Under the pieces are notes generated by a model. The model ran no database searches, was not told where the DNA came from, and worked only from the letters and a program-made list of their open reading frames with translations. The translations under genes were made by a program, and so were the position numbers. This document shows, piece by piece, positions 7,478 to 16,724 of a stretch of 64,000 nucleotides of DNA. Within the stretch, counting starts at the first letter, position 1; every line of letters begins with the position of its first letter. The DNA is taken from assembly GCA_038056395.1 (NCBI GenBank), contig JBBUFS010000003.1, forward strand, positions 4,344-68,343, read 5' to 3'. The DNA comes from Patescibacteria group bacterium (GTDB lineage Bacteria > Patescibacteriota > Minisyncoccia > Phycocordibacterales > WO2-35-19).

Positions 7478-9313
7478 ATGGCAAAAACTGAACAAATTGA
7501 AAAAATTAGGCATTCCCTGTCGCACCTTATGAGTATGGTGGTGCAGGAGTCGTATCCGGAGGTGAGACTGGGAGTGGGACCAGTTATTGAAAATGGTTTT
7601 TACCAAGATTACGACTTACCTGAGATAATTAGTCCAGAAATTTTGCCGAAGTTGGAAAAGAGAATTAAGGAGCTCATAAAAGAAAATATAAAATTTGAAC
7701 AGCATGATATGGAATTTGATGAAGCTCTCAAATTTTACAAAAATGATCCTTATAAAACAGAACTTATAAATAATTTGAAAGATGGAGAAACCCCTTCGAC
7801 TGCGCTCAGGGCAGGCAAAGTCAGTTTTTATAAATCAGGAGAATTTGATAATCTTTGCGCTGGTCCTCATGTTGGTTCTACCAAAGAAATTGACCCGCAA
7901 GCTTTTAAACTTACTCACATCGCAGGCGCTTATTGGCGCGGCGATGAAAAAAATAAGATGCTCACCCGCATTTACGGACTGGCTTTTGAATCAAAAGAGG
8001 AGCTTGAAGAACACTTAAAAAATCAGGAAGAGGCTAAAAAAAGAGACCATAGAAAATTGGGCAAAGAATTAGATCTTTTTCATATTGACGAAGTTGTTGG
8101 TTTGGGACTTCCTTTATGGCACCCCAAAGGCGCTTTGTTGTGGAGAATTATTGAAAATTTTTGGTACGAAGAGCATTTAAAAAATGGCTACGGTTTAGTA
8201 AGAACACCTCATATAGGCAACAGAGTGCTTTGGGAAACTTCGGGACATTGGGGTTTTTATAACAAATCAATGTATCCACCCATGGAAGCTGGGCAAAGTC
8301 TGGAAGAAAAACAACAAAACAAAAAAGCGGAAAACTCTGAAGAATATTTGCTTAAGCCCATGAATTGCCCTTTTCATGTTCAAATTTATAAAAATAATCC
8401 TAAATCCTATAGAGAACTTCCCCTCCGCTGGGCTGAATGCGGCACGGTTTATAGATTTGAAAAGAAAGGAGAGCTTTCGGGTTTGGTTAGAGTCAGAGGT
8501 TTTACTCAAGATGATGCCCATATTATATGCAGAAAGGATCAGGTTGAGGATGAGCTTAAAAAAGTTATAGATTTTATTCTTTTCATTTATAAATCTTTTG
8601 GATTTGATATTGATAAAGTGAAAGTTTATCTTTCTTTGCGAGATCCAAAAAATAAAGATAAATATGCCGGCAATGACGCTGGTTGGGAATTTACAGAAAA
8701 TGTTTTAAGAGAAGTAGCCAAAGATAAAAAACTTGATTTCAAAGAAGAATTAGGAGAAGCGGCTTTTTATGGACCCAAACTTGATTTCAAAATTAAAGAT
8801 GTTTTGGGTAGAGAATGGCAATGTTCCACTCTCCAATTTGATTTTAATCTGCCCGAAAGATTTAATATGGTTTTTACAAACAATGAAGGCAAAGAAGAAA
8901 GACCTTATATGCTTCATCGCGCCTTGTTTGGTTCTTTTGAAAGATTCATAGGACTTTTGATAGAACACTATGCCGGCAACTTTCCTCTTTGGTTATCGCC
9001 TGTGCAGGTTAAAGTAATACCGGTGCGCGAATCGCACAACGCTTACGCGCAAGAAGTTTATGATTTGTTAAAAGAAAACGGCATTCGCGCCGAAGTTGAT
9101 TTGGAAGATGAAAATTTGGGTAAAAAAGTCCGCGCCGCCAAAAACGAAAAAATTCCTTATTGGATAGTTCTTGGTGACAAAGAAATTGAATCAAAAGAAG
9201 TCACTGTTGAATCCCGAAGCGCCAGCGAAGGTGCTGACAAAGGAAGCATTGGGCTCATGTCTCCTCAAAAATTCCTAGAACTTCTCCAAAAAGAAATAAA
9301 AGATAAAAAATAA
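7478..9313 (+). CDS. thrS: Threonyl-tRNA synthetase (no N-terminal TGS domain)
   Basis: 611 aa; begins in the editing/SAD domain (HSLSHLM), class II core (PMNCPFH, RVRGFTQDDAHI) and anticodon-binding domain. Confidence 0.92.
   Translation: MAKTEQIEKIRHSLSHLMSMVVQESYPEVRLGVGPVIENGFYQDYDLPEIISPEILPKLEKRIKELIKENIKFEQHDMEFDEALKFYKNDPYKTELINNLKDGETPSTALRAGKVSFYKSGEFDNLCAGPHVGSTKEIDPQAFKLTHIAGAYWRGDEKNKMLTRIYGLAFESKEELEEHLKNQEEAKKRDHRKLGKELDLFHIDEVVGLGLPLWHPKGALLWRIIENFWYEEHLKNGYGLVRTPHIGNRVLWETSGHWGFYNKSMYPPMEAGQSLEEKQQNKKAENSEEYLLKPMNCPFHVQIYKNNPKSYRELPLRWAECGTVYRFEKKGELSGLVRVRGFTQDDAHIICRKDQVEDELKKVIDFILFIYKSFGFDIDKVKVYLSLRDPKNKDKYAGNDAGWEFTENVLREVAKDKKLDFKEELGEAAFYGPKLDFKIKDVLGREWQCSTLQFDFNLPERFNMVFTNNEGKEERPYMLHRALFGSFERFIGLLIEHYAGNFPLWLSPVQVKVIPVRESHNAYAQEVYDLLKENGIRAEVDLEDENLGKKVRAAKNEKIPYWIVLGDKEIESKEVTVESRSASEGADKGSIGLMSPQKFLELLQKEIKDKK
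7793..7820. repeat. Family A repeat inserted in frame in thrS (encodes PSTALRAGK)
   Basis: CCTTCGACtgcgCTCAGGGCAGGCA versus CCTTCGACaagCTCAGGGCAGGCA at 40933-40956 and ACTTCGACaagCTCAGGACAGGCA at 61753-61776. Confidence 0.75.
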
Positions 9314-9317
9314 GAAA

Positions 9318-9713
9318 ATGGAAAATCTAAATCATCAAAAAGAAACTCGTCACGAGATTGAAGGTAATCCATATTACGAAGAAACCCACAGAAAAAATTT
9401 GGAATTTATGAAAAAGTTGATTGAACATGATTTGGGGATAGAATTAACAAACACCGAATTAATTAAATTATCGTTCATAATCGAAGATATTATTAGACAA
9501 ATGAGACGACAGGCAAAGGAAGTTGAAACTGGTTTTAGTACAATAGCTGGCTTTGAAGAAGTAACAGAAAAATTTTTAAGAGAATGTTACGGAGTTACTT
9601 ATGAAGAAATAGCGAGGCTTTTTCCGAGATCTGAAAATGAAGAGGAGGATGAGAAAAATAAAGAATTAAAGAAAAAATATTTTAGAAGAAAACAAGCCGA
9701 ACTTTATAACTAA
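9318..9713 (+). CDS. Hypothetical protein
   Basis: 131-aa ORF immediately after thrS; charged helical composition; no recognisable motif. Confidence 0.5.
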   Translation: MENLNHQKETRHEIEGNPYYEETHRKNLEFMKKLIEHDLGIELTNTELIKLSFIIEDIIRQMRRQAKEVETGFSTIAGFEEVTEKFLRECYGVTYEEIARLFPRSENEEEDEKNKELKKKYFRRKQAELYN

Positions 9714-11809
9714 ATATCAATAGTGGCCAGTTTGGCGTTGGATTGGATGAAGCTTTTGCGGGCGGGGACATCTGTGCCCATAAGGATGTCAAAAATGCGG
9801 TCGGCTTCTTGGGCGTCATCAACATTTATTTGTTTTAGAATTCTTCTTTTTGGATCCATTGTGGTCTCCCAAAGCTCTTCGGCATTCATTTCGCCCAAAC
9901 CTTTGTATCTTTGAACAGACAGCCTAGAGGTTTTAGCTGAGAGCTTAGAGGTTTCATTTTCGGATTCATTTTCTTCTGTTTGCCCAATTTCCTCGTTTTC
10001 AAATCTTTCTTCGCCCGCCGACTTGTCCATCGTAGCTTCAGCGAAGTTGGAAGCTTCGGCGGAGGCGGGGCCTATTATTCTGGCTTTTTCATCATCGCTA
10101 TAGGCATAAAATATTTCCTTTCCTTTCTTTATTTTATAAAGTGGCGGCTGAGCGATGTAAATATAACCTCCGTCAATAATGGGTCTGAAATATCTGTAAA
10201 GCAAAGTCAAAATAAGAGTGCGAATGTGGGCGCCGTCAACATCGGCATCTGTCGCTATTATTACTTTATGATATCTAAGTTTGGAAATATCAAAAGTATC
10301 TCCTATGGCAGTTCCCAAAGCTACAACCAAATTTTTAATTTGTTCAGAACCAAGCATTCTGTCCAGACGCGCTCTTTCTATATTTAAAATTTTGCCGCGC
10401 AAAGGCAATATAGCCTGTGTCCGCCTGTCTCTGCCGGTTTTGGCAGTGCCTCCTGCTGAATCCCCTTCCACAATGAAAAGCTCTGACTCTTCAGCCGATT
10501 TGCTTTGGCAATCAGCCAGTTTGCCCGGCAAAGTCATACCTTCTAAAGCCCCTTTTCTTAAAATTGAGTCCTTGGCGGCTTTAGCTGCCTTTCGTGCCCT
10601 CAAAGCCAAAACTACTTTATTAATTATGGCCCTAGCATCATCCGGATTTTCTTCCAAAAAGGCGTCAAAAGCTTCTCCAAAAACTCCCTCCACCATGCCT
10701 CTGGCCTCCACGCTGCCGAGTTTGGCCTTGGTTTGTCCCTCAAACTGTATTTCCCGAAGCTTAACCGAAATAACAGCGGTTAATCCTTCCAAAACATCAT
10801 CCCCCGTGAAAACATCATCTCCATTTTTGGTAAGATTATTTTTTTTAGCGTAATTGTTCAGAGTTCTGGTTAGAGAAGTTTTGAAACCGGTAATATGAGT
10901 ACCACCTTCACTGGTATAAATATTATTGGCAAAAGGCATAATTCGGGCCGATATGTCATCTACATACTGCAAAGCCACCTCCACTCCCTCAAATTTTTCA
11001 TTTATTTTTTCAACATAAAAAATATTTTTATGGATTGGTTTTTGGTTGTGATTGTAAAATCTAATCAAAGAGATAAGTCCTCCGTCAAAATAAAAAGTCA
11101 TAGACGGGGCTTCCAGCCTTAAGTCTCTCAAATAAAATACTTCATCATCTTTAATTTTCACCTCCCGCAAATCCAAGACAGATATTTTAAGGCCCCTTAC
11201 CAGATAAGCCTGCTGGCGCATATGATGAACAATTCTTTCAAAATCAAAATTTATTCCTTCTTTAAATATTTCAGCATCTGGTTCAAAAGTAATAATAGTG
11301 CCGTGGAGCTTGGAGGGACCAATTCTTTTTACTGCCATCTTTCTCTTTCCTTTTGAATATTCCTGAACATACATCCCTCCGTCTCGATGCACTTCCGCTT
11401 TCATATAAACGGAAAGAGCATTAACTACGGATGCGCCGACACCATGCAATCCTCCAGAAATTTTATAACCCTCTCCCCCGAATTTTCCTCCGGCGTGGAG
11501 AGTTGTCAAAATTGTTTCCAGAGCGGAAACTTTTGTCTGCTTATGAATATCAACCGGAATGCCTCGGCCGTTGTCAGCTACCCTAATGCGATTGCCGGGC
11601 AGGAATGCCACCTCAATATCATTGGCAAAATTACCCATAGCCTCATCACGGGAATTATCAAAAATCTCCACAATTAGGTGGTGCAGGCCGTCCGGTCCGG
11701 TGGTGCCGATATACATTCCCGGCCGACGGCGGACAGGCTCCAAACCCTCCAAAACGGTAATATTTTCAGCGCTATACCCGCCTTTTTTAGTCTTGTTCTC
11801 CTTTGTCAT
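9710..11809 (-). CDS. gyrB: DNA gyrase subunit B
   Basis: 699 aa; GHKL ATPase (LEGLEPVRRRPGMYIG), Toprim (EGDSAGG), C-terminal QRYKGLGEM; acidic insertion near the C-terminus. Confidence 0.95.
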   Translation of the reverse strand: MTKENKTKKGGYSAENITVLEGLEPVRRRPGMYIGTTGPDGLHHLIVEIFDNSRDEAMGNFANDIEVAFLPGNRIRVADNGRGIPVDIHKQTKVSALETILTTLHAGGKFGGEGYKISGGLHGVGASVVNALSVYMKAEVHRDGGMYVQEYSKGKRKMAVKRIGPSKLHGTIITFEPDAEIFKEGINFDFERIVHHMRQQAYLVRGLKISVLDLREVKIKDDEVFYLRDLRLEAPSMTFYFDGGLISLIRFYNHNQKPIHKNIFYVEKINEKFEGVEVALQYVDDISARIMPFANNIYTSEGGTHITGFKTSLTRTLNNYAKKNNLTKNGDDVFTGDDVLEGLTAVISVKLREIQFEGQTKAKLGSVEARGMVEGVFGEAFDAFLEENPDDARAIINKVVLALRARKAAKAAKDSILRKGALEGMTLPGKLADCQSKSAEESELFIVEGDSAGGTAKTGRDRRTQAILPLRGKILNIERARLDRMLGSEQIKNLVVALGTAIGDTFDISKLRYHKVIIATDADVDGAHIRTLILTLLYRYFRPIIDGGYIYIAQPPLYKIKKGKEIFYAYSDDEKARIIGPASAEASNFAEATMDKSAGEERFENEEIGQTEENESENETSKLSAKTSRLSVQRYKGLGEMNAEELWETTMDPKRRILKQINVDDAQEADRIFDILMGTDVPARKSFIQSNAKLATIDI
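10034..10070. repeat. Probable family-B-like repeat within the gyrB C-terminal insertion
   Basis: AGCTTCAGCGAAGTTGGAAGCTTCGGCGGAGGCGG resembles GGAGCTTTCAGCGGAGGCGG (22780-22799) and the family B core. Confidence 0.4.
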
Positions 11810-11816
11810 TGCTCAC

Positions 11817-11822
11817 ATTATA
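11817..11822 (-). promoter_or_regulatory. -10 TATAAT 7 nt upstream of the gyrB ATG (leaderless-type)
   Basis: Minus strand TATAAT-gtgagca-ATG. Confidence 0.5.
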
Positions 11823-11856
11823 GCAAATTTTAATCTACTTTGCTACACTAAATCAA

Positions 11857-12999
11857 ATGAAAGAATACATTATCCCAACTGACGAGGAAAATAAAATGCT
11901 CAAAACCTTGGAGGAGCGAAAAGATGCAGATGCTTTGCGTATGAAGCGTTATTTGAGCATGCCCGATTTGTCCCGAACCACAGGCAGTCCCATTGCTGAA
12001 ATTGTGGAACGCATAGTCAAAGCTCCCTATTTTAAGGATTTGGATGTTATTAAAACTCCGGAAATTGTGCCTGCCGATGTCAGTTTTGACTTGTTTGATT
12101 TCCCCGCTGATCACCCGGCGCGTAGTCATTCTGATACTTATTTTGTAGATAATAATCATATTTTGAGGACCCAAACCACTGTCTGCTGGTATTACTATTT
12201 GATAGATGAAGAAATAAAAAGACGAATGGCCAAAAATGAATCAATGGGATGTTTTAGTTTTGGCAAAGTTTATCGCAAGGATGAAATTGATCGCTATCAT
12301 ATGAATGTTTTTCATCAAATAGACGGCTGGTATTTAATTCCAAAAACTACCGGAATCATTGGCCAGAAAGATTTGGAAGAAGCTCTCGGTAATATAGCCA
12401 AAGCCGTCTTCGGACCAGATACTAAATATCGTTTGAACAAAGATACTTTCCCTTACACTGATCCATCTCTGGAAATGGAAGTTGAAATAGAAGGCAAATG
12501 GGTGGAGGTGGTCGGTTGCGGTGTCGTCAAAGGCAGCGTACTCGAAAAGTTGGGAGTTGATTCATCAAATTACACCGGCTGGGCTTTTGGTTTTGGTCTG
12601 GAACGTTTGGCTATTGCCAGCATGTCTTTGCCGGACATCCGTCTGCTTTGGTCTGAAGATGATAGAGTTAAAAAACAGCTCAAGCTCGGACAAAAATATA
12701 AAGAAGTGAGTAAATACCCGCCAATAGTTCGCGATATTTCCCTTGTGGTGGATAAAAATTTTGTGCCAAATAATTATTTTGATTTAATTCGTGAAGTGGT
12801 TGGGGAAGATATGATTGAAGAAGTCAAGCTGATTGATAAATATGAAGACAAAAATAAATTTGGCATAGGCAAAATAAGTTACACTTACCGAATTATTTAC
12901 CGTTCATTGGAAAAAACTTTGACTAGCGTCTGGGTTGATGCTATGCATAAAAAACTTGAACAAAAAACGGCTGAAGTTTATGGGGCCAAAATTCGCTAA
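11857..12999 (+). CDS. pheS: Phenylalanyl-tRNA synthetase, single-chain mitochondrial-type architecture (alpha catalytic core plus C-terminal FDX-ACB-like domain)
   Basis: FPADHPARSHSDTYF, FGKVYRKDEIDRYHMNVFHQIDG, GWAFGFGLERLAI (class II motifs 1-3). The C-terminal about 95 aa (YPPIVRDISLVV...ISYTYRIIYRS) resembles the ferredoxin-fold anticodon-binding domain. Confidence 0.8.
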   Translation: MKEYIIPTDEENKMLKTLEERKDADALRMKRYLSMPDLSRTTGSPIAEIVERIVKAPYFKDLDVIKTPEIVPADVSFDLFDFPADHPARSHSDTYFVDNNHILRTQTTVCWYYYLIDEEIKRRMAKNESMGCFSFGKVYRKDEIDRYHMNVFHQIDGWYLIPKTTGIIGQKDLEEALGNIAKAVFGPDTKYRLNKDTFPYTDPSLEMEVEIEGKWVEVVGCGVVKGSVLEKLGVDSSNYTGWAFGFGLERLAIASMSLPDIRLLWSEDDRVKKQLKLGQKYKEVSKYPPIVRDISLVVDKNFVPNNYFDLIREVVGEDMIEEVKLIDKYEDKNKFGIGKISYTYRIIYRSLEKTLTSVWVDAMHKKLEQKTAEVYGAKIR

Positions 13000-13014
13000 A
13001 TTCTAAAAATATAC

Positions 13015-13020
13015 TATAAT
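13015..13020 (+). promoter_or_regulatory. -10 TATAAT 6 nt upstream of the GT2 ATG (leaderless-type)
   Basis: TATAAT-tagaat-ATG(13027). Confidence 0.5.
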
Positions 13021-13026
13021 TAGAAT

Positions 13027-14271
13027 ATGCATATTGTTTCAGAATCCATCACCTATATTTTTCTTTTTATTGCTCTTTATTTGGAAGTGTTCTTTTTGAT
13101 TACTTATTTTGAATTTGGGGATGCTCCCTTCGCTAAAGCTTTGGAGGATCAAAGAAAGAATCCAAAAAAATTGCCCAGCGTTTCTATTATTGTGCCCGTT
13201 TGGAACGAGGAAACTACTGTCCTGAAAACAATTTTTTCTCTACTTAAACTTACTTATCCAAAGGATAAGTTGTCTATTTTCATAGTAGACGATGGTAGCA
13301 CCGACAAAACTTGGAATGTCATCCAAAGATTTGTATGTAACAAACAAATAAAACTTTTAAGAAAAGAAAATGGCGGCAAATATACAGCTCTAAATTATGC
13401 TTTAGAATTCGTGAACACCGAGCTAGTCGGTTGTCTGGACGCTGATTCGTTTGTCCATCCGGAAGCTTTAAAAAGAATTGTCGCTCAATTTGATAATGAA
13501 GAAATAATGGCCGTTACTCCTTCCATAAAAATATTTGAGCCGAAAGGTTTGCTCGGACTTATCCAGAAAGCCGAATATATGTTCGGTATTTTTCTGAGAA
13601 AAGTCTTTTCGGACTTGAATGCCGTTTACATAGCGCCCGGTCCCTTTTCAATTTTCAAAAAATCTGTTTTTGAAAAAATAGGAGGTTACAAGCATTCCTA
13701 CAATACCGAAGATATGGAAATTGCCATGCGAATGCAGAGAAACAACATGAAAATCGGCAATGCCCACAGTGCTTATGTCTATACCGTCGCCCCGGCCGGC
13801 TTGAGAGCTCTCTATAAACAGCGCTTGCGATGGGTTTATGGCTTTATTAAAAATGCCATTGATTATCGGGATATGTTTTTCAAGCCGCAATATGGCAATT
13901 TGGGGATGGTTGTTTTGCCAGCTGCCGGCTTTTCCGTTCTCTCCACCATGTATTTTTTTGGCGCCATGGTTTTAAGCTGGTTTGAAACTTTAACTACTCA
14001 AATAATCAAAATTTATACTGTTGGCATTTCTTTTAACAGTTTTAATTTTGATTTATTTTATGTGAATACCGACATTTTGGTTTTTGTTTCTTTGATTGCG
14101 ATTTTGGGAACGCTTTTGATAATCGTGACTTCCAGGAAGTTGGCGGAAGAAAAAAATAAATTCGGCCTGGACAGCATCCTTTTTTTGGCGCTTTATACCT
14201 TTATTTGCCCTATTTGGATAAGCAAAGCGGTTTACAATGTAGTCTTCTCTAAAAACACAAAATGGAGGTGA
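13027..14271 (+). CDS. Processive family-2 glycosyltransferase (PgaC/NodC/cellulose-synthase-like), integral membrane
   Basis: 414 aa; DDGSTD, DAD, TED and QRLRW (QxxRW) motifs with N- and C-terminal TM segments. Confidence 0.8.
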   Translation: MHIVSESITYIFLFIALYLEVFFLITYFEFGDAPFAKALEDQRKNPKKLPSVSIIVPVWNEETTVLKTIFSLLKLTYPKDKLSIFIVDDGSTDKTWNVIQRFVCNKQIKLLRKENGGKYTALNYALEFVNTELVGCLDADSFVHPEALKRIVAQFDNEEIMAVTPSIKIFEPKGLLGLIQKAEYMFGIFLRKVFSDLNAVYIAPGPFSIFKKSVFEKIGGYKHSYNTEDMEIAMRMQRNNMKIGNAHSAYVYTVAPAGLRALYKQRLRWVYGFIKNAIDYRDMFFKPQYGNLGMVVLPAAGFSVLSTMYFFGAMVLSWFETLTTQIIKIYTVGISFNSFNFDLFYVNTDILVFVSLIAILGTLLIIVTSRKLAEEKNKFGLDSILFLALYTFICPIWISKAVYNVVFSKNTKWR

Positions 14272-14981
14272 GCTGGAAAAAATACGCCTACACTTTTCTG
14301 ATTACGGCGGTTATTTTTATAACCGCGATTTTTGCCAGCAATTATTTCAGCCAGAAAAAAATGAATGAGATTAAAAACATTGAAAGCAGGATATCAGTTG
14401 ACATCTTAGCCTCTGAAACCCAATTTTCCTTGCTCTCGGAGCTTTCATGCAAAGAGATTTCCAGCGGCCTTCTTTCCAAAGAACTGGCTGCTCTTGGGGA
14501 TCGGCTTTCTTATACCGAAGAAAACCGCGGCCGGGACGACCCTGAAGTATTGAACCTCAAAAAATATTATTCCCTGCTCCAGATAAAAGATTTCCTTTTG
14601 ATGCAAAAAATCAAGGACCGTTGCGGTTCAGGCGGGGCAAATAACGGCCTTTTCATAATGTATTTTTATTCAAACGAAGGCGATTGTTCGGACTGCGAAA
14701 GAGAAGGTTTTGTCCTGACTAAATTAAGGGAAGATTACCCAGAACTGCGGGTTTATTCTTTTGATTATAATTTGGACCTTTCTGCCCTCCGAACACTGAT
14801 AAGCATCTACAACATTGATGAAAAATTGCCGGCTGTTTTGATAAACGATAAGATTTATTACGGCTTTAAATCTGTTGACGAAATAAAAGATTTTCTGCCT
14901 GTTCTTAAAGAAATAGACAAGCAAAAAGCCAAAGAAGAAACTCTTAAAACCAAACAAGCCACTTCCACCAAACCCAAATAA
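14262..14981 (+). CDS. Membrane-anchored thioredoxin-like protein (CSDC motif)
   Basis: 239 aa, N-terminal TM helix. Trx-like segment MYFYSNEGDCSDCEREGFVLTKL...LPAVLIND; 10-nt overlap with the GT2 gene. Confidence 0.45.
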   Translation: MEVSWKKYAYTFLITAVIFITAIFASNYFSQKKMNEIKNIESRISVDILASETQFSLLSELSCKEISSGLLSKELAALGDRLSYTEENRGRDDPEVLNLKKYYSLLQIKDFLLMQKIKDRCGSGGANNGLFIMYFYSNEGDCSDCEREGFVLTKLREDYPELRVYSFDYNLDLSALRTLISIYNIDEKLPAVLINDKIYYGFKSVDEIKDFLPVLKEIDKQKAKEETLKTKQATSTKPK

Positions 14982-15003
14982 CTTTTAAATTTTGTTGTTA
15001 TGC

Positions 15004-15009
15004 TATAAT
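15004..15009 (+). promoter_or_regulatory. -10 TATAAT 7 nt upstream of ATG 15017 (leaderless-type)
   Basis: gcTATAAT-aattttt-ATG. Confidence 0.5.
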
Positions 15010-15016
15010 AATTTTT

Positions 15017-16225
15017 ATGAAAAGAAAGATAACTATTATATTCGCAATAATCTTGGTGTTAGTCGCTGTCGGCGGCGCCCGTCGTTCATTTCAATCAAAA
15101 TACGAGGCTCTGCAACCAAAAAGCCCTTCTCTATCCTCATCACCCCTACCACCCTCACCACCACCTCCACCCCAGACATCAGAAATAACGCTCGTCAAAT
15201 TAACGGACGAAGGGGGTCGGGTGGACTGGTATCGCGGCAGTCAGGCCAAGCATAGTTTGATTGCTTATGATCCTATTGTAAATTTTCGGCAGGACACTGA
15301 AATTTACACCATGGAACCGGACGGCGGCGACAAATTTTGCGTAACCTGCGATTCCTCCGTGCCTAAAGGGTTTATCGGCCAGCCGGCATGGCATCCGAAC
15401 GGACAACTTATTTTATTCCAGGCTGAAAATTCAAACTCCAAACACGGTTTTTACAATCATATGGCTTGGGGTTTTAACAACGACTTGTGGATTATCAATA
15501 AAGACGGCTCTGGCGCTCAGAAAATTTGGTCCACGCTAAAAAGCAGTTCGGTATTGCACCCGCACTTCAGTCATGACGGCAAAAAAATCGTTTTTGCCGA
15601 ACGCAAGCCCGGAAGCGCTCTTTCTCCGTATTGGCGCAAAAACGGCCCGGACGGACAAAATCCTTGGATTGATTGGCAGATTCACATTGCCGACTTTGAT
15701 TTAAGCAAAACTGGCGAAAGCGCGCTTTCCAATCATAAAATTCTGTACAGCGATAGTGGCGACTTTTTTGAAACCCATGGTTTTACCGAGGATAATCAGC
15801 GAATCGTATTTTCCATGACCGCTAACGGCAAACCTTACGAGGACGACATCTATACCGCTCGTTTGGATGGTTCGGATAAAATTAATCTTATTAACAGCCC
15901 GTCCACATGGGATGAACACGGCAGTTTCTCGCCCTCCGGCAAAACATTAGCCTTTATGTCTAGTCGAGCCGACAACGGTTGGACGGCGCCTGAATCCACA
16001 GGCGCCACTCTTCGAACTGAATTGTATATAAAAAATATTGGCGACGGAAAAATTATCCGATTGACCGACTTCAACAAAGATATGGACGATTCGCGCTTTC
16101 TGGTTTCTGATTTGGATTGGAATCGAGGCGGCAATAAAATTGTTTTTGTCGGCGGCGAATTTGACGCCAATAGCCGGCCGAAGCACCCCCAAATCTGGGT
16201 ATTGTCGTTTCTTAAACCGCAATAA
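15017..16225 (+). CDS. Secreted TolB-like (PD40/WD40-like) beta-propeller protein
   Basis: 402 aa; signal anchor, Pro-rich linker SSPLPPSPPPPPQ, repeated DGKKIVF / DNQRIVFS / SPSGKTLAF propeller motifs. Confidence 0.65.
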   Translation: MKRKITIIFAIILVLVAVGGARRSFQSKYEALQPKSPSLSSSPLPPSPPPPPQTSEITLVKLTDEGGRVDWYRGSQAKHSLIAYDPIVNFRQDTEIYTMEPDGGDKFCVTCDSSVPKGFIGQPAWHPNGQLILFQAENSNSKHGFYNHMAWGFNNDLWIINKDGSGAQKIWSTLKSSSVLHPHFSHDGKKIVFAERKPGSALSPYWRKNGPDGQNPWIDWQIHIADFDLSKTGESALSNHKILYSDSGDFFETHGFTEDNQRIVFSMTANGKPYEDDIYTARLDGSDKINLINSPSTWDEHGSFSPSGKTLAFMSSRADNGWTAPESTGATLRTELYIKNIGDGKIIRLTDFNKDMDDSRFLVSDLDWNRGGNKIVFVGGEFDANSRPKHPQIWVLSFLKPQ

Positions 16226-16237
16226 AAAATAGGATTT

Positions 16238-16313
16238 TGGAGCCAGAAGTCGGACTCGAACCGACGACCACCCGTTTACAAAACGGGAGCTCTACCAACT
16301 GAGCTATTCTGGC
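16238..16313 (-). tRNA. tRNA-Thr (anticodon UGU), CCA encoded
   Basis: GCCAGAATAGCTCAGTTGGTAGAGC...CCCGTTTTGTAAACGGG...GGTTCGAGTCCGAC TTCTGGC T CCA; cloverleaf folded manually. Confidence 0.9.
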
Positions 16314-16714
16314 ATTTTAAGATTTTCCTCTATTTTTCCTTTTTCACCGCTGTCCTTATTTTCCGTTATCTTCTTCAAGTAAAACGAAGCTGAGCCGTTG
16401 CCGCTTATATTTTTGCGGCCCATCATTATGGCGCTTTGCCTGGCTCTGTATTCGTTCATTATTTTTTCTTCCACTTTGTCAAGCAAATTCTTGCAGATTG
16501 TTTTGGTTTGGACAAGGGCGATATAGCGCAAGCTTTGAATTAACTGCAATCCCCTAAATTTTAAGCTTGAAACAAGAATTTCCGACTTGGCGTCAAGCCG
16601 GCCCATAAATTCCAGTACCATATTTTTCCTACCGCGTCTAAGTTCGACAGCCTTAAGAACCAGCAAGGCTGAAGCAACCAGAAGAGATAAAGCAAATACT
16701 ACTATAGTCGCCAT
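16304..16714 (-). CDS. Hypothetical membrane-anchored protein
   Basis: Start moved to MATIVVFALSLLV (ATG 16714) to avoid overlapping tsf. The stop TAG lies within the first 10 nt of tRNA-Thr. Confidence 0.45.
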   Translation of the reverse strand: MATIVVFALSLLVASALLVLKAVELRRGRKNMVLEFMGRLDAKSEILVSSLKFRGLQLIQSLRYIALVQTKTICKNLLDKVEEKIMNEYRARQSAIMMGRKNISGNGSASFYLKKITENKDSGEKGKIEENLKMPE

Positions 16715-16724
16715 TTTTTTAAGT

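Noticed and set aside
10281-10853. 190-aa ORF antisense to gyrB (and similar antisense ORFs at 39299-39820, 34435-35049, 41620-42090, 49802-50155)
   Set aside because: All lie opposite strongly supported genes and have biased low-complexity composition.
15121-15185. Pro-rich linker of the TolB-like protein (CACCCCTACCACCCTCACCACCACCTCCACCCC) as a cloverleaf-arm-derived insert
   Set aside because: The similarity to the CTACCTCACCCC arm is short and confounded by proline codon bias. This is not convincing without statistics.
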